Positions 16,047 to 24,464 of a stretch of 35,237 nucleotides of DNA are shown piece after piece; position 1 is the stretch's first letter, and the number at the start of each line of letters is the position of its first letter. The notes beneath the pieces are model-generated. The model was not told the origin of the DNA and did not search any database. It was given only the letters and a program-made list of their open reading frames with translations. The position numbers were made by a program, and so were the translations under genes. The stretch is from an uncultured virus (IMG/VR IMGVR_UViG_3300012361_000002) (Duplodnaviria; Heunggongvirae; Uroviricota; Caudoviricetes): the IMG/VR virus record IMGVR_UViG_3300012361_000002. One strand, 5' to 3'.

Positions 16047-16138
16047 CCCGCGGTGGCGGCGGTCGATTTCTCCATCTCCCGCGCCGCCGGGTCGGCCTCC
16101 TTCCCCCACGCTGGAGGCCGGCCTTCTCTTTCCACGGG
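16047..16138 (+). ncRNA. Two-hairpin element with C/U-rich loops ending in a terminator-like stem
   Basis: CGGTGGCG/CGCCGCCG and GGTCGGCCTCC/GGAGGCCGGCC stems, then TTCTCTTT. Confidence 0.5.
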
Positions 16139-16152
16139 TGTTGACGAGGAGC

Positions 16153-16284
16153 ATGACAATGGCTGATGTCGGCGTCGAGGTTCGCGATTGCCCGGTCTGC
16201 GGCGAACCTATGAGCAAGGTTATGGACATCTGGTTTTGCACCAAGTGCTCGGAAGACGAAGACCAGGAAGATCAGAGTGACTGA
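16153..16284 (+). CDS. Small Zn-ribbon protein
   Basis: GAGGAG RBS; CPVC...CTKC. Confidence 0.6.
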   Translation: MTMADVGVEVRDCPVCGEPMSKVMDIWFCTKCSEDEDQEDQSD

Positions 16285-16489
16285 TGCCAATCCCCTCAAG
16301 TTCATGTTCGCGACGCTGGTCACCGCGCTGTGCCTCGACAGCGTATTCACCCACATCCAGGTCTTGCAGGTAAATCCTGGCATCCTCGGGTGGGTGGTCG
16401 TCATCTTCTGCACCAAGCTCGTCGGCGCTGCCATCATGGTGGCGATCGCGCTGTGGTGCAGGAGCGCGTGGAGGTCTTGGCGATCATGA
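16277..16489 (+). CDS. Small membrane protein
   Basis: Two hydrophobic stretches; AGGA RBS. Confidence 0.6.
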   Translation: MTDANPLKFMFATLVTALCLDSVFTHIQVLQVNPGILGWVVVIFCTKLVGAAIMVAIALWCRSAWRSWRS

Positions 16490-16536
16490 AAGCAATCACG
16501 ATCCACCGACTAGCCTATAACAGGAGATCACCGCCT

Positions 16537-16977
16537 ATGGCATGGGGAGATAAAAAAACCACCCGCGACGACACCGACCATAAGGTGCCACAGAAGCTAC
16601 CGACGAACGGGTGGAACAAGCCAGAGCAGCGCGCGACAGCGCGGGCCATCGAGGATCTCAACCAACGCAGCGACATTCACACATATACGCCAGACATCAT
16701 CGAGATTGACGACATGGCTGGAGACAAAGCCGAGAGGGCGCAGCAACGCGCCGCGGAGATGCGTCGTATGGATGATCTGGAGAAGGAGATGAGCAAGTCG
16801 AAGATCGAGCAGATCAAGGACCTCGTGAAGGCGCTCACCTACGGGGAGATGATCCAAATCGCCGAGCAGTTCTCCGATTCCATGCCATCCGGCACCGTCG
16901 ACAAGGACCAGTTCAGGTTCATCCTGCCCCCGACGCTGCACGCGTGGGCGACATCGAATCCTCAGAACGAGGTTTGA
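16537..16977 (+). CDS. Hypothetical protein
   Basis: AGGAG RBS before MAWGDKK. Confidence 0.7.
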   Translation: MAWGDKKTTRDDTDHKVPQKLPTNGWNKPEQRATARAIEDLNQRSDIHTYTPDIIEIDDMAGDKAERAQQRAAEMRRMDDLEKEMSKSKIEQIKDLVKALTYGEMIQIAEQFSDSMPSGTVDKDQFRFILPPTLHAWATSNPQNEV

Positions 16978-16979
16978 TC

Positions 16980-17072
16980 ATGGTCGCCTACAATTTCAAG
17001 CAGCGGTTCATTGCACCGATCCGTTGCGGCCATTCATCGCCGTCGCTTCGTGATCTCGTCCACGGCAACTAG
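16980..17072 (+). pseudogene. Truncated ORF resembling the N-terminus of ASCH-like phage proteins
   Basis: GAGG RBS; MVAYNFKQRFIAPI..G, then a stop after 30 aa at the convergent junction. Confidence 0.4.
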
Positions 17073-17452
17073 CCAGGAACGCCCTCTCCCTGATGGGGAT
17101 GCCGTTTCCTCGGCTGATACATGATGCTGCCGCGGACGCACATCACCAGGACGTTGATCATGAGCAGCACATCCACGGCGGCCCCGGTCGGACGGTGTCC
17201 CTCGATCAGCATCCAGTTCGGAATGTCATAGACGGCGTTAGCGAACAGCGCGATCGACAGCAATGCGAGCGACATCCGTTGCAGATGAACAAATGGCGTA
17301 TGTTCCTTGAGGATGACGACAGTCAGGTAAAGGCATCCGACCGCCGCCACCGCGCATGAGATCGACGTGATGGCGTCGAGGTTCACGACGATGGCATCAA
17401 CTGCCTTGTTGGTTATTTCAATCGACCTGGTGACGACCTTCCCGTCAGGCAT
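17069..17452 (-). CDS. Multi-pass membrane protein (lysis cassette)
   Basis: Three hydrophobic segments; overlaps the holin-like gene. Confidence 0.7.
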   Translation of the reverse strand: MPDGKVVTRSIEITNKAVDAIVVNLDAITSISCAVAAVGCLYLTVVILKEHTPFVHLQRMSLALLSIALFANAVYDIPNWMLIEGHRPTGAAVDVLLMINVLVMCVRGSIMYQPRKRHPHQGEGVPG

Positions 17453-17789
17453 TCGGCCCCCCGCTATTTGGAGTTGACGATGGCGTCGTGCCTGAGTTCA
17501 AGCGCTTGCGCAGCATCGAGGAGAGGGATTCCAATATTTGCACGCCGATGTAGCCGATGACGAACGAGGTCGGGACGAGAGGAAAGTTGACGAGCTTGGC
17601 TATGGGCTCTCCCAAGTAGACGGCTATCAGGGTTGATGACGCCACCGTCGCGATGACGATAAGCGCGTTGAGCGCCTTCATGCGCAGAACGTTTACGACG
17701 CCCCCGCTGAACCCCGCCACAGCGATCGATGGATCGATCCCGAGCTGCGTGAGGACTTCCCTCCACGAGCCAACGCCATCGTCCATCAT
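17445..17789 (-). CDS. Holin-like membrane protein
   Basis: AGFSGGVV, 2-3 TM segments, basic C-terminus; downstream of the endolysin. Confidence 0.6.
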   Translation of the reverse strand: MMDDGVGSWREVLTQLGIDPSIAVAGFSGGVVNVLRMKALNALIVIATVASSTLIAVYLGEPIAKLVNFPLVPTSFVIGYIGVQILESLSSMLRKRLNSGTTPSSTPNSGGPNA

Positions 17790-17825
17790 GTGCTACTTCC
17801 CAGACATTTCTCCCGCACTGTGGAC

Positions 17826-17857
17826 AAAAAGAAGGCGTCGCACAAGGCGACGCCCTC
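17826..17857 (-). terminator. Intrinsic terminator after the OMP gene
   Basis: Minus strand GAGGGCGTCG-CCTTGTG-CGACGCCTTC-TTTTT. Confidence 0.8.
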
Positions 17858-17888
17858 AGTCTGTCCTTTCCCAGGGAGGAGAAAGTTC

Positions 17889-18617
17889 TCAGAAGTGATA
17901 GCTCAGCCGCACTATGGTCGCGCTGATATTGTGTTTGATATCGGCACCGACCGGGATGGGACCGGTGCATTCGTTGCCGCTACAGACAACGCCTGTCGTT
18001 CCCGTGTGAACATCGCCAAGGAAATAATGACGATACTCAACTCCGAGACCCCAGTTACGGCTGAGGGCGTATTCCAGGCCGGCGCCAACGACAGCGCCGT
18101 TGAGCGTCGGCTTTGTCGAGAATTGCGAGCCGTCGGTCCCCGTCACGATGAACTCAGACCCGGACCAACCCCAGCCGGCCGTTCCGTAGGCCATGAGGTT
18201 GGGAGCAAGGATGAAGCCGAACCGGCCGCGGATCGAAGCCAGCCATCGGCTTTTGCTGTTGATGTTGCCGATGAAGCCGGGGTTCTTGACGTCTCCGTCC
18301 ATCGTCGCGATGTCACCGTCGCCCTCAATGCCGACGTAGAAGTTGCCGCCAAAGTGGGTGCCGATGCCGGCATGCAAGCCACCGATGGCTCCGAACGGCG
18401 CCGTGTTGAAGTCCATGCTACCGAACGGGTCGGATGCGGTTCCCGAGCCGCGGTCCCAACCGACGCCACCATGCCCACCGACATAGAAGCCGTTGAAATA
18501 ATCGTAGACTTCAACAGCCGCCGGTGCCTTGTACTGGGGCGGCGGCACCCTTAGATCGGCCGCATAAACGCTGGTGGAGCAGAGCAGCGCGGCGGTTGCG
18601 ATGATGAGCTTCTTCAT
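17889..18617 (-). CDS. Outer-membrane beta-barrel protein (Omp25/RopB-like)
   Basis: Signal peptide then AADL..P..KAP, FNGFYVGGHGG, SIRGRFG, GAGLEY and C-terminal YHF; GAGGA RBS. Confidence 0.9.
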   Translation of the reverse strand: MKKLIIATAALLCSTSVYAADLRVPPPQYKAPAAVEVYDYFNGFYVGGHGGVGWDRGSGTASDPFGSMDFNTAPFGAIGGLHAGIGTHFGGNFYVGIEGDGDIATMDGDVKNPGFIGNINSKSRWLASIRGRFGFILAPNLMAYGTAGWGWSGSEFIVTGTDGSQFSTKPTLNGAVVGAGLEYALSRNWGLGVEYRHYFLGDVHTGTTGVVCSGNECTGPIPVGADIKHNISATIVRLSYHF

Positions 18618-18663
18618 GGGTTGTCCTTCCTCTGAAGCGGTGTGGTTTGCAGGGCACCCTACA

Positions 18664-19281
18664 CTAGGCCGCTTGCTGGGCATGTGTCTCCGCAGCAACA
18701 GTCAATGACTTTTCCGTGGTGACGAACCCGGATGCCAACTCTGGAGACATGGTGGCCAGCTTCTTGGCGATCGCCACCGTGCCGAGTTGATGATCAAATG
18801 TCCCGCGGCTCCAGACTCCGTCAGCGATGTACTTGCCGCCCCGGTAGATGCTCGTCCCAGCCCATAGGTAGCCGCTGGGGCGTCCGTGGTGAAGCCTGGG
18901 TCCGAAACCGTTCCATAGTTCCCAATAGTAGCAGGCGCGCTCCCAGGTCCATACGGGGCATGCCGTGATGTGGTCGAGCTTCAACGAATCGATGACGCCG
19001 TCCTCCCACGTTGAGAACGGACCGCGCCCCTTGGGCACGTGGGTTGTCGGGTGCGAGAGTGGGTCACCATTGCCGAAGTAAGCGTCGAAGGATGGTCCCT
19101 CTCGTTCGAAGACAGGCATCAACCACAAAGCCGGGACGCCGCACCCTGCCTGGACCTTCTTGAAACGGCCGACGCTCGCCAACAGTACCCTCGCTACGCT
19201 GGAAAGTTCGGCGTCATGCGCGGTGGTCTTCATGGTGGCTAGGTCATTGGTGTAGTCGGCCTCGAGTTGGTCGAACGTCAT
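18664..19281 (-). CDS. Endolysin, lysozyme-like (COG5526-type)
   Basis: GVP...FERE, GNGDPL, VPKGRGPF, E.WNGFG, SGYLWAGT, GKYIADG and D.QLG motifs. Confidence 0.85.
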   Translation of the reverse strand: MTFDQLEADYTNDLATMKTTAHDAELSSVARVLLASVGRFKKVQAGCGVPALWLMPVFEREGPSFDAYFGNGDPLSHPTTHVPKGRGPFSTWEDGVIDSLKLDHITACPVWTWERACYYWELWNGFGPRLHHGRPSGYLWAGTSIYRGGKYIADGVWSRGTFDHQLGTVAIAKKLATMSPELASGFVTTEKSLTVAAETHAQQAA

Positions 19282-19327
19282 TTCATCCTCTTCAGCATCT
19301 CGATGGTCAGCATGGCCTCGGTGTTCC

Positions 19328-19807
19328 TCAATAAGTCGAGCAGGTGACCTGCATTTCCCACCCGCCACCAGCCGGCGAGCCGACACCGGAGTTGCTGGCC
19401 TGGAAATCGATCCACACCATGTTGGCTCCGTTGCCCTGGATCTGCGGGTCGTTCGGCGACAGAATGGGACTGTGCACGGGAATGGTCGGCTCCGTCGACA
19501 GGTGGTGCCCCTGCCAGACCGTCTCGAAGTTATCGATCGTGCCGACCACGACGCGCGCCAGCAGTTCAACGTTCATGATCTTGATCGTCTGTGTTCCGCT
19601 GCACTCCCGCAGGATCTTGCCTGATGGGATGGCGGCGCAGTTGCTTCCACCCTGATTGGGCGATCCGCAGTAGCCGGTCCCGTTGTAGCCGGTCCACTGG
19701 ATGGTGAACCCCTGATTGACCGTGTACTGAACGCCGATCTCGATCGTGTCTGCCCGCGCCTGGACAGATGCGAGGAGGATGGATGCGGTGACTAGAAATA
19801 TTCTCAT
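19328..19807 (-). CDS. Secreted protein
   Basis: AGGAG RBS; signal peptide ending ARA-D; four Cys. Confidence 0.7.
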   Translation of the reverse strand: MRIFLVTASILLASVQARADTIEIGVQYTVNQGFTIQWTGYNGTGYCGSPNQGGSNCAAIPSGKILRECSGTQTIKIMNVELLARVVVGTIDNFETVWQGHHLSTEPTIPVHSPILSPNDPQIQGNGANMVWIDFQASNSGVGSPAGGGWEMQVTCSTY

Positions 19808-19845
19808 GGGGATGGGTCTCCTTGTTGGACCCGCACAGTGCAATC

Positions 19846-20154
19846 TCACTTACCCATCCGCGTCAACATCGCGTGTCGGTCCGGGTCCTCGCACCACCAG
19901 TTTGACTTGGTGGGAGGATAGTTGGCGCTCATACCAGCAGGGCCCATCATCAGGACCGGGGCGCGCAGGCGACATGAACCGCTCATCACGAACCGGCCGT
20001 CTACCGATCTCTCATATTGGACTGCGCCGTTCTCGGTGACAGGCTTTCCATCGTTTCCGGTCATCGGCACGAGGACTTCCTTGCCGTCGTAGTCGGCTCC
20101 CTTTGCGAACGCCGGACAATGCTCGCAGGTATCCTTGGGATCACGCTGCATCAT
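19846..20154 (-). CDS. Small Cys-containing protein
   Basis: CEHC...CRLRAP...YPPT...WWCE. Confidence 0.65.
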   Translation of the reverse strand: MMQRDPKDTCEHCPAFAKGADYDGKEVLVPMTGNDGKPVTENGAVQYERSVDGRFVMSGSCRLRAPVLMMGPAGMSANYPPTKSNWWCEDPDRHAMLTRMGK

Positions 20155-20665
20155 CGGACTCCGTGCGCGCGGCGTCAGCCTCGGTCTGCGCAGCGGCCAC
20201 CTGGGCATCAGTCGGGCGTAGCTTCTTCATTTTAGTGATCTCAAACGTGAGCGTGTCCAGCAGTGATTGATTGATCGCGATCCTGTCCTTGTCTGTCGAC
20301 GCGGCGATGTCGGACGCGAGTCCAGCAGCAGCAGCCGTGTTTGACGTGATCGCCTCGTCTACGTGCCCCTGCTGGCGTATGAGCGCGTCAACCTTATCGA
20401 CCTTGGCATTCGCCCGCGCCCGCAGCCACGCCTTGACGTATGGCGCGAGTTGTTCCCTGTCGGCGAAGCCCTCCATCGCGCCGTAGCCCTCGATGCTGCC
20501 GTGGTTGTGCGCGCCGTGCCACTGGACGGCAAGGATGCGGTCCGCCGGCACCTTGCGTACGGAACCCTGCATGTCCTGCACCTCGATGTCGGGACAGTTG
20601 TAGGCCTCGCCATCGATGATGATAGTGTGGCCAGGTAGGGCGCTGAGGTTGGTGAAGTTTCTCAT
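20141..20665 (-). CDS. Hypothetical protein after the tail fibres (possible fibre assembly)
   Basis: Position; AVQW motif followed by a coiled coil. Confidence 0.55.
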   Translation of the reverse strand: MRNFTNLSALPGHTIIIDGEAYNCPDIEVQDMQGSVRKVPADRILAVQWHGAHNHGSIEGYGAMEGFADREQLAPYVKAWLRARANAKVDKVDALIRQQGHVDEAITSNTAAAAGLASDIAASTDKDRIAINQSLLDTLTFEITKMKKLRPTDAQVAAAQTEADAARTESDDAA

Positions 20666-20678
20666 GTTTTCAGATATC

Positions 20679-21944
20679 TCAAATAGCAGCATCTGCTGAA
20701 ACGTGGACGTATATGTTGCTGTTCTGGGCAGCAACGGTGGCGGTTGTCTCGATGAATACCCGATCTGGGCTCAAAGCGGTGTTGGGGTCAACACTGATCG
20801 CCACGTCAGCGGCTCCGGTAACGTTGCGCGCACTGGAGTTTGCGGCCGATGGGTTGTAGGTCGTGATGACTGGATTGATTCGCATCGATACCGGGAAGTT
20901 CCAGTTCCACGACACGTCGGAGGTGGCCACCTGTGTGTTCGCACCGAGCGCACCAACCACTCCAGCGTTCTGCGCCGGCGCAGTACCATAGGCGAACGTC
21001 TTTGCAAAATGCCGTTTGCATCCCAGCAGCGACCTCTCCAGTGGAACTCGTTCGAACGGCGTCGTCGTCCCGACCTCGAGCTGCACATCGTCGATCGTGA
21101 TCGAGTCGTCCGCGCCAGCAGTCCCCACGGGGGTCCACGCGAACGTCACCTCTGCCTGCGTGGCGTTGGCTGGGACGGCAACGATGGCAGCTGACGCCAG
21201 GTTCGATGACACCTGGGAGCCGGCAGTTATGTTAATGGCGGATCCGAAGACCTGGACCTCTCCGGTGAAGGCACCCGTCCCGCGCTTTCCGACGGCGCCA
21301 GTTCCAGTGAACAGGAAGCAAGTCAAGGTGCCGCTGGCTGGCGACCAGTTAGCGCCTGCCTTCGCCACGAAGCTGATGCTTATCAACTTGCCCCGTATCC
21401 TGATGATTTCGTCGGTGTCGAGCGGGAATGCGAACACCACGAAGGTAGTGCCGGTCTGGCCGTTGTTCCTGGTGATCTTGGCGGCGAGGTTGGAGTTGGT
21501 CGTCAACCCGGTGACGGCGGCGATGACGGAGGCCTGGTTGGCCCCGTTCTGGTAGTACCATCTGTCGGCAGTGTAGGTCGTCGACGATGCGCCGACCGCG
21601 AAACTGGCGCTCGAACCCGCTCCCCTCTGCCATACCTCCATGCCGCCGTTGTCGCCGATAATGTTGCGCCATGACAGCGGCGGCGTCGCCGAGTGGCTGG
21701 CAGGGTCGATCGCTGCGTGCAAGCACCAAGTCGTGCCGTCCCACACCTTCCACACGTGGACCGACAGGGACGTGTCGAGCCACGGCTGCCCCTCCACCAG
21801 CGCGCCGGACGCGCCCGGCCCAAGCGTCGGGGCAGCCGCCCCCGAGAACAGGGAGATCATGGCCGCCCATGCGGCGTTCATGTCGCCAGCGGCAGCAGCG
21901 CCGGTGAGCGGGGAACCGGGGAGGATGACGGGAGCTTGCGACAT
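20679..21944 (-). CDS. Tail fibre/receptor-binding protein, paralog 2
   Basis: RNIIGDNGGMEVWQRG, YTADRW, VQLEVG..TPFE, CKRHF and FPVSMR..P motifs. Confidence 0.8.
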   Translation of the reverse strand: MSQAPVILPGSPLTGAAAAGDMNAAWAAMISLFSGAAAPTLGPGASGALVEGQPWLDTSLSVHVWKVWDGTTWCLHAAIDPASHSATPPLSWRNIIGDNGGMEVWQRGAGSSASFAVGASSTTYTADRWYYQNGANQASVIAAVTGLTTNSNLAAKITRNNGQTGTTFVVFAFPLDTDEIIRIRGKLISISFVAKAGANWSPASGTLTCFLFTGTGAVGKRGTGAFTGEVQVFGSAINITAGSQVSSNLASAAIVAVPANATQAEVTFAWTPVGTAGADDSITIDDVQLEVGTTTPFERVPLERSLLGCKRHFAKTFAYGTAPAQNAGVVGALGANTQVATSDVSWNWNFPVSMRINPVITTYNPSAANSSARNVTGAADVAISVDPNTALSPDRVFIETTATVAAQNSNIYVHVSADAAI

Positions 21945-21945
21945 G

Positions 21946-23220
21946 CTAGATCCCCGCGTCAACGATTAGATGGACACCGCCAGTATCGCCAACCGTTCCG
22001 CTAGCGTTTCCTGTCGCCGTGACCGTTATGGTTTCTGAATTGAGGTTGGCGGTAGCTGTGGCGCTCATATCGCCAGGGGTTCCTGTCTCCAATCTCGCTT
22101 GCGCATTTGCTGCCGACGGGTTGAGCGTCGTCACTGATGGGGATGCTCGCATCGAGACTGGGTGACGAACCGCCACGACGAAACCGAGGGCTGTTGCGCC
22201 CGCCTTCCCAATAGTGTCCTGTATCTCCCCGGTGTTAGCTCCCGCGTTGGTCACCGGCGCAGTCCCATATAGGAACGTCTTCCAGAAGTGCCGCTTGCAC
22301 TTCTGCAGGATGAGGTCGAACGGCATCCGTTCGAACTGGCTGGCGAACACGCCGATCTCGACCTGCACGTCGTCCAGGGTGATCGAGTCGTCCGCGCCAG
22401 CCGTACCGACCGGCGTCCATGTGAACTGGAGTTCGCCCTGCGTCGCGTTCGTCGGCACCACCGCGGCGCTCACCGCCGAGTTTCCGGTCGGCCCTGCACT
22501 CGGCGCGATGTTGGTGCTCATGGACACGACGCTGATTTCGCCGGTGAACCCGCCACCACGCTTCGCCACCGCGCCCGTGCCGACGTAGAGCGTTCCTACA
22601 ATCGTGCCGGCCGTCGGCGACCAGTTCGCACCCGCCTTGAAGAACGCACTCATCGTCACCTTGCTGCCGCGCATCCGCACCACCTCGTCGGTGTCGAGCG
22701 GAAAGCCGAAGGTGTAGGCGGTAACGCCGGTCTGTGCGTTGTTGCGGGTGATCTTTCCAGCGAGGTTGGACGCGTTCGTGAGTCCCGTCACCGCCGCGAC
22801 CACGGATGCCTGATTCGCTCCCGTCGTGATGTACCACCTGTCCGCCGTGTAGGCCGTCGATGACGCGCCTACGGCGATCGATGCAGACGATCCGGCCCCG
22901 CGCTGCCACACCTCGAAGCTGCCGTTGTCCATCAGGATGTTGCGCAATGCTTGCGGCGGTTGCGAGAAGTGGTTGGTCGTGTCCAGCGTCAGCAGCGGAA
23001 CGAACTGCGCGCCGTCGTGAACTCTCAGGACGTGGGGCGTGGTCGACGTGTCCAGCCACCACTGGCTCTCGACGAGCGCGCCGCTGCCGCCAGGACCGAG
23101 CGTCGGCGCGACGGTGCCGGAGAACTTGGAGATGATCGCTGCCCACGCGGCGTTGATGTCGCCAACCATCGTACTTCCGGCGAGCGGCGACCCAGGCAAT
23201 ATGACGGCGGACTGCGACAT
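21946..23220 (-). CDS. Tail fibre/receptor-binding protein, paralog 1
   Basis: Same motif series; colinear with 20679-21944. Confidence 0.8.
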   Translation of the reverse strand: MSQSAVILPGSPLAGSTMVGDINAAWAAIISKFSGTVAPTLGPGGSGALVESQWWLDTSTTPHVLRVHDGAQFVPLLTLDTTNHFSQPPQALRNILMDNGSFEVWQRGAGSSASIAVGASSTAYTADRWYITTGANQASVVAAVTGLTNASNLAGKITRNNAQTGVTAYTFGFPLDTDEVVRMRGSKVTMSAFFKAGANWSPTAGTIVGTLYVGTGAVAKRGGGFTGEISVVSMSTNIAPSAGPTGNSAVSAAVVPTNATQGELQFTWTPVGTAGADDSITLDDVQVEIGVFASQFERMPFDLILQKCKRHFWKTFLYGTAPVTNAGANTGEIQDTIGKAGATALGFVVAVRHPVSMRASPSVTTLNPSAANAQARLETGTPGDMSATATANLNSETITVTATGNASGTVGDTGGVHLIVDAGI

Positions 23221-23263
23221 TTATCGTGCTCCGATTATTTCTTTGACAATGAGTTTTGGCATG

Positions 23264-24460
23264 TCAAAGACAAATATACCAAGTCCCAGTAGCCGTAGGC
23301 TGTAAAATCTTCACTGCTGTTCCGCTGCCGCCCGAGGCAACGCTGATGCCTGTCGTACTGGTCGAGGTGTTGACCGTGTTGAGCGTATCGAAGGGCGCGG
23401 TGCCGCCGGCAGCTGGTTTTTGGTTCCCACTCGTTACGGCTATACTATAGGTGTGGTTGTGACCAGAATCGGTCACCGACCAGTTGAGGCTCGGCAGGTT
23501 GGCCTGGAGGAACGTCAGAGATTGCCCGCCACCGGTCGCCATCGGGGTCACGCCGTCAGGCGTCATCGTCAGGGACGTTAGCCGCGACGCCGCCGAGTTC
23601 CCCATGTCGTCGAGTCCGGCCGGCACGTTACCGCGCATGTCCGGGAGGCCGATAGTCTTGTTGGCGGCGAAGTCGGCCGCCGCCGTCGCGCCGCGCCCGC
23701 CGCTGACCGGCGCTGCGATGTTCGACAGGTTGTTCCACAGGAACGCGTAGAGGTTCGACGCCGTGGCGCTGGCCAACTCCGTCGCCCCCGACGCAGCCGA
23801 ACCCAACGTCCTGGCGTTGCATCGCACCGCGCCGCTGATCGAGACGTTCGCGCTCGGAGTCCAGAACGTCGCTCCCGTCGGCAGGGAGAACCCTGCCGCG
23901 AAGGAACCGCGGGAAAACCCGAAGATGATCCAGACGCCAGCGCCCTGGTAAACGACTGTGCAATTGTCGCCGGCGTTCGTCGTAATGTTGACGAGCCCGG
24001 GAGTGATGATGGCCGCCGGGTTGTAGGTCAGTTGGAGCTGGCCGGAGAACTGTACCTTCTTCTCTTGCCCAACCGTAGCGTTCGCGCCAAAGCTGGTGAT
24101 CGTTACCGAACCGCTGATGGTTATGAAATTCTCGCCATGCCCGCCGACGTCTACCGTGGAACTGCTGGCCAGCGTGATCATGCCGCCGCCCATCTTCGGC
24201 AACCAATTGTTGCCGGCGACATCGAGCGCCCCGACGAAGTCCCAATTCACGCCATCGAATATGTTCAGGCTCGGGACAGTGACGTTCGTCGTGTTGAACC
24301 AGGTCTGGAACTCCTGCGGCGCGCTGCCGGGACCGTTGGCGGGTGCAGACGCACCAGCGCTCTGACTGGCCAGCGCGTTGTAGGCACCGTTCATCAGCCC
24401 GGCGAACGTCACCATCGAGAAGGAGCCGCCGGTCGGAACGTTGTAACTCGCTTGGCTCAT
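23264..24460 (-). CDS. Tail fibre protein with collar-like domain
   Basis: LPTGA...CNARTLG...LYAFLW...LPDMRG...G.D, SGHNH and C-terminal ILQPT...YICL. Confidence 0.8.
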   Translation of the reverse strand: MSQASYNVPTGGSFSMVTFAGLMNGAYNALASQSAGASAPANGPGSAPQEFQTWFNTTNVTVPSLNIFDGVNWDFVGALDVAGNNWLPKMGGGMITLASSSTVDVGGHGENFITISGSVTITSFGANATVGQEKKVQFSGQLQLTYNPAAIITPGLVNITTNAGDNCTVVYQGAGVWIIFGFSRGSFAAGFSLPTGATFWTPSANVSISGAVRCNARTLGSAASGATELASATASNLYAFLWNNLSNIAAPVSGGRGATAAADFAANKTIGLPDMRGNVPAGLDDMGNSAASRLTSLTMTPDGVTPMATGGGQSLTFLQANLPSLNWSVTDSGHNHTYSIAVTSGNQKPAAGGTAPFDTLNTVNTSTSTTGISVASGGSGTAVKILQPTATGTWYICL

Positions 24461-24464
24461 GGCA

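Noticed and set aside
17790..18554. 254-aa + strand ORF (and similar long ORFs such as 26451-27605)
   Set aside because: Antisense shadows of GC3-rich genes.
20679..23220. Diversity-generating retroelement or invertible fibre cassette
   Set aside because: No reverse transcriptase or invertase in the window; the paralogs are same-strand and differ throughout, not only at adenines.
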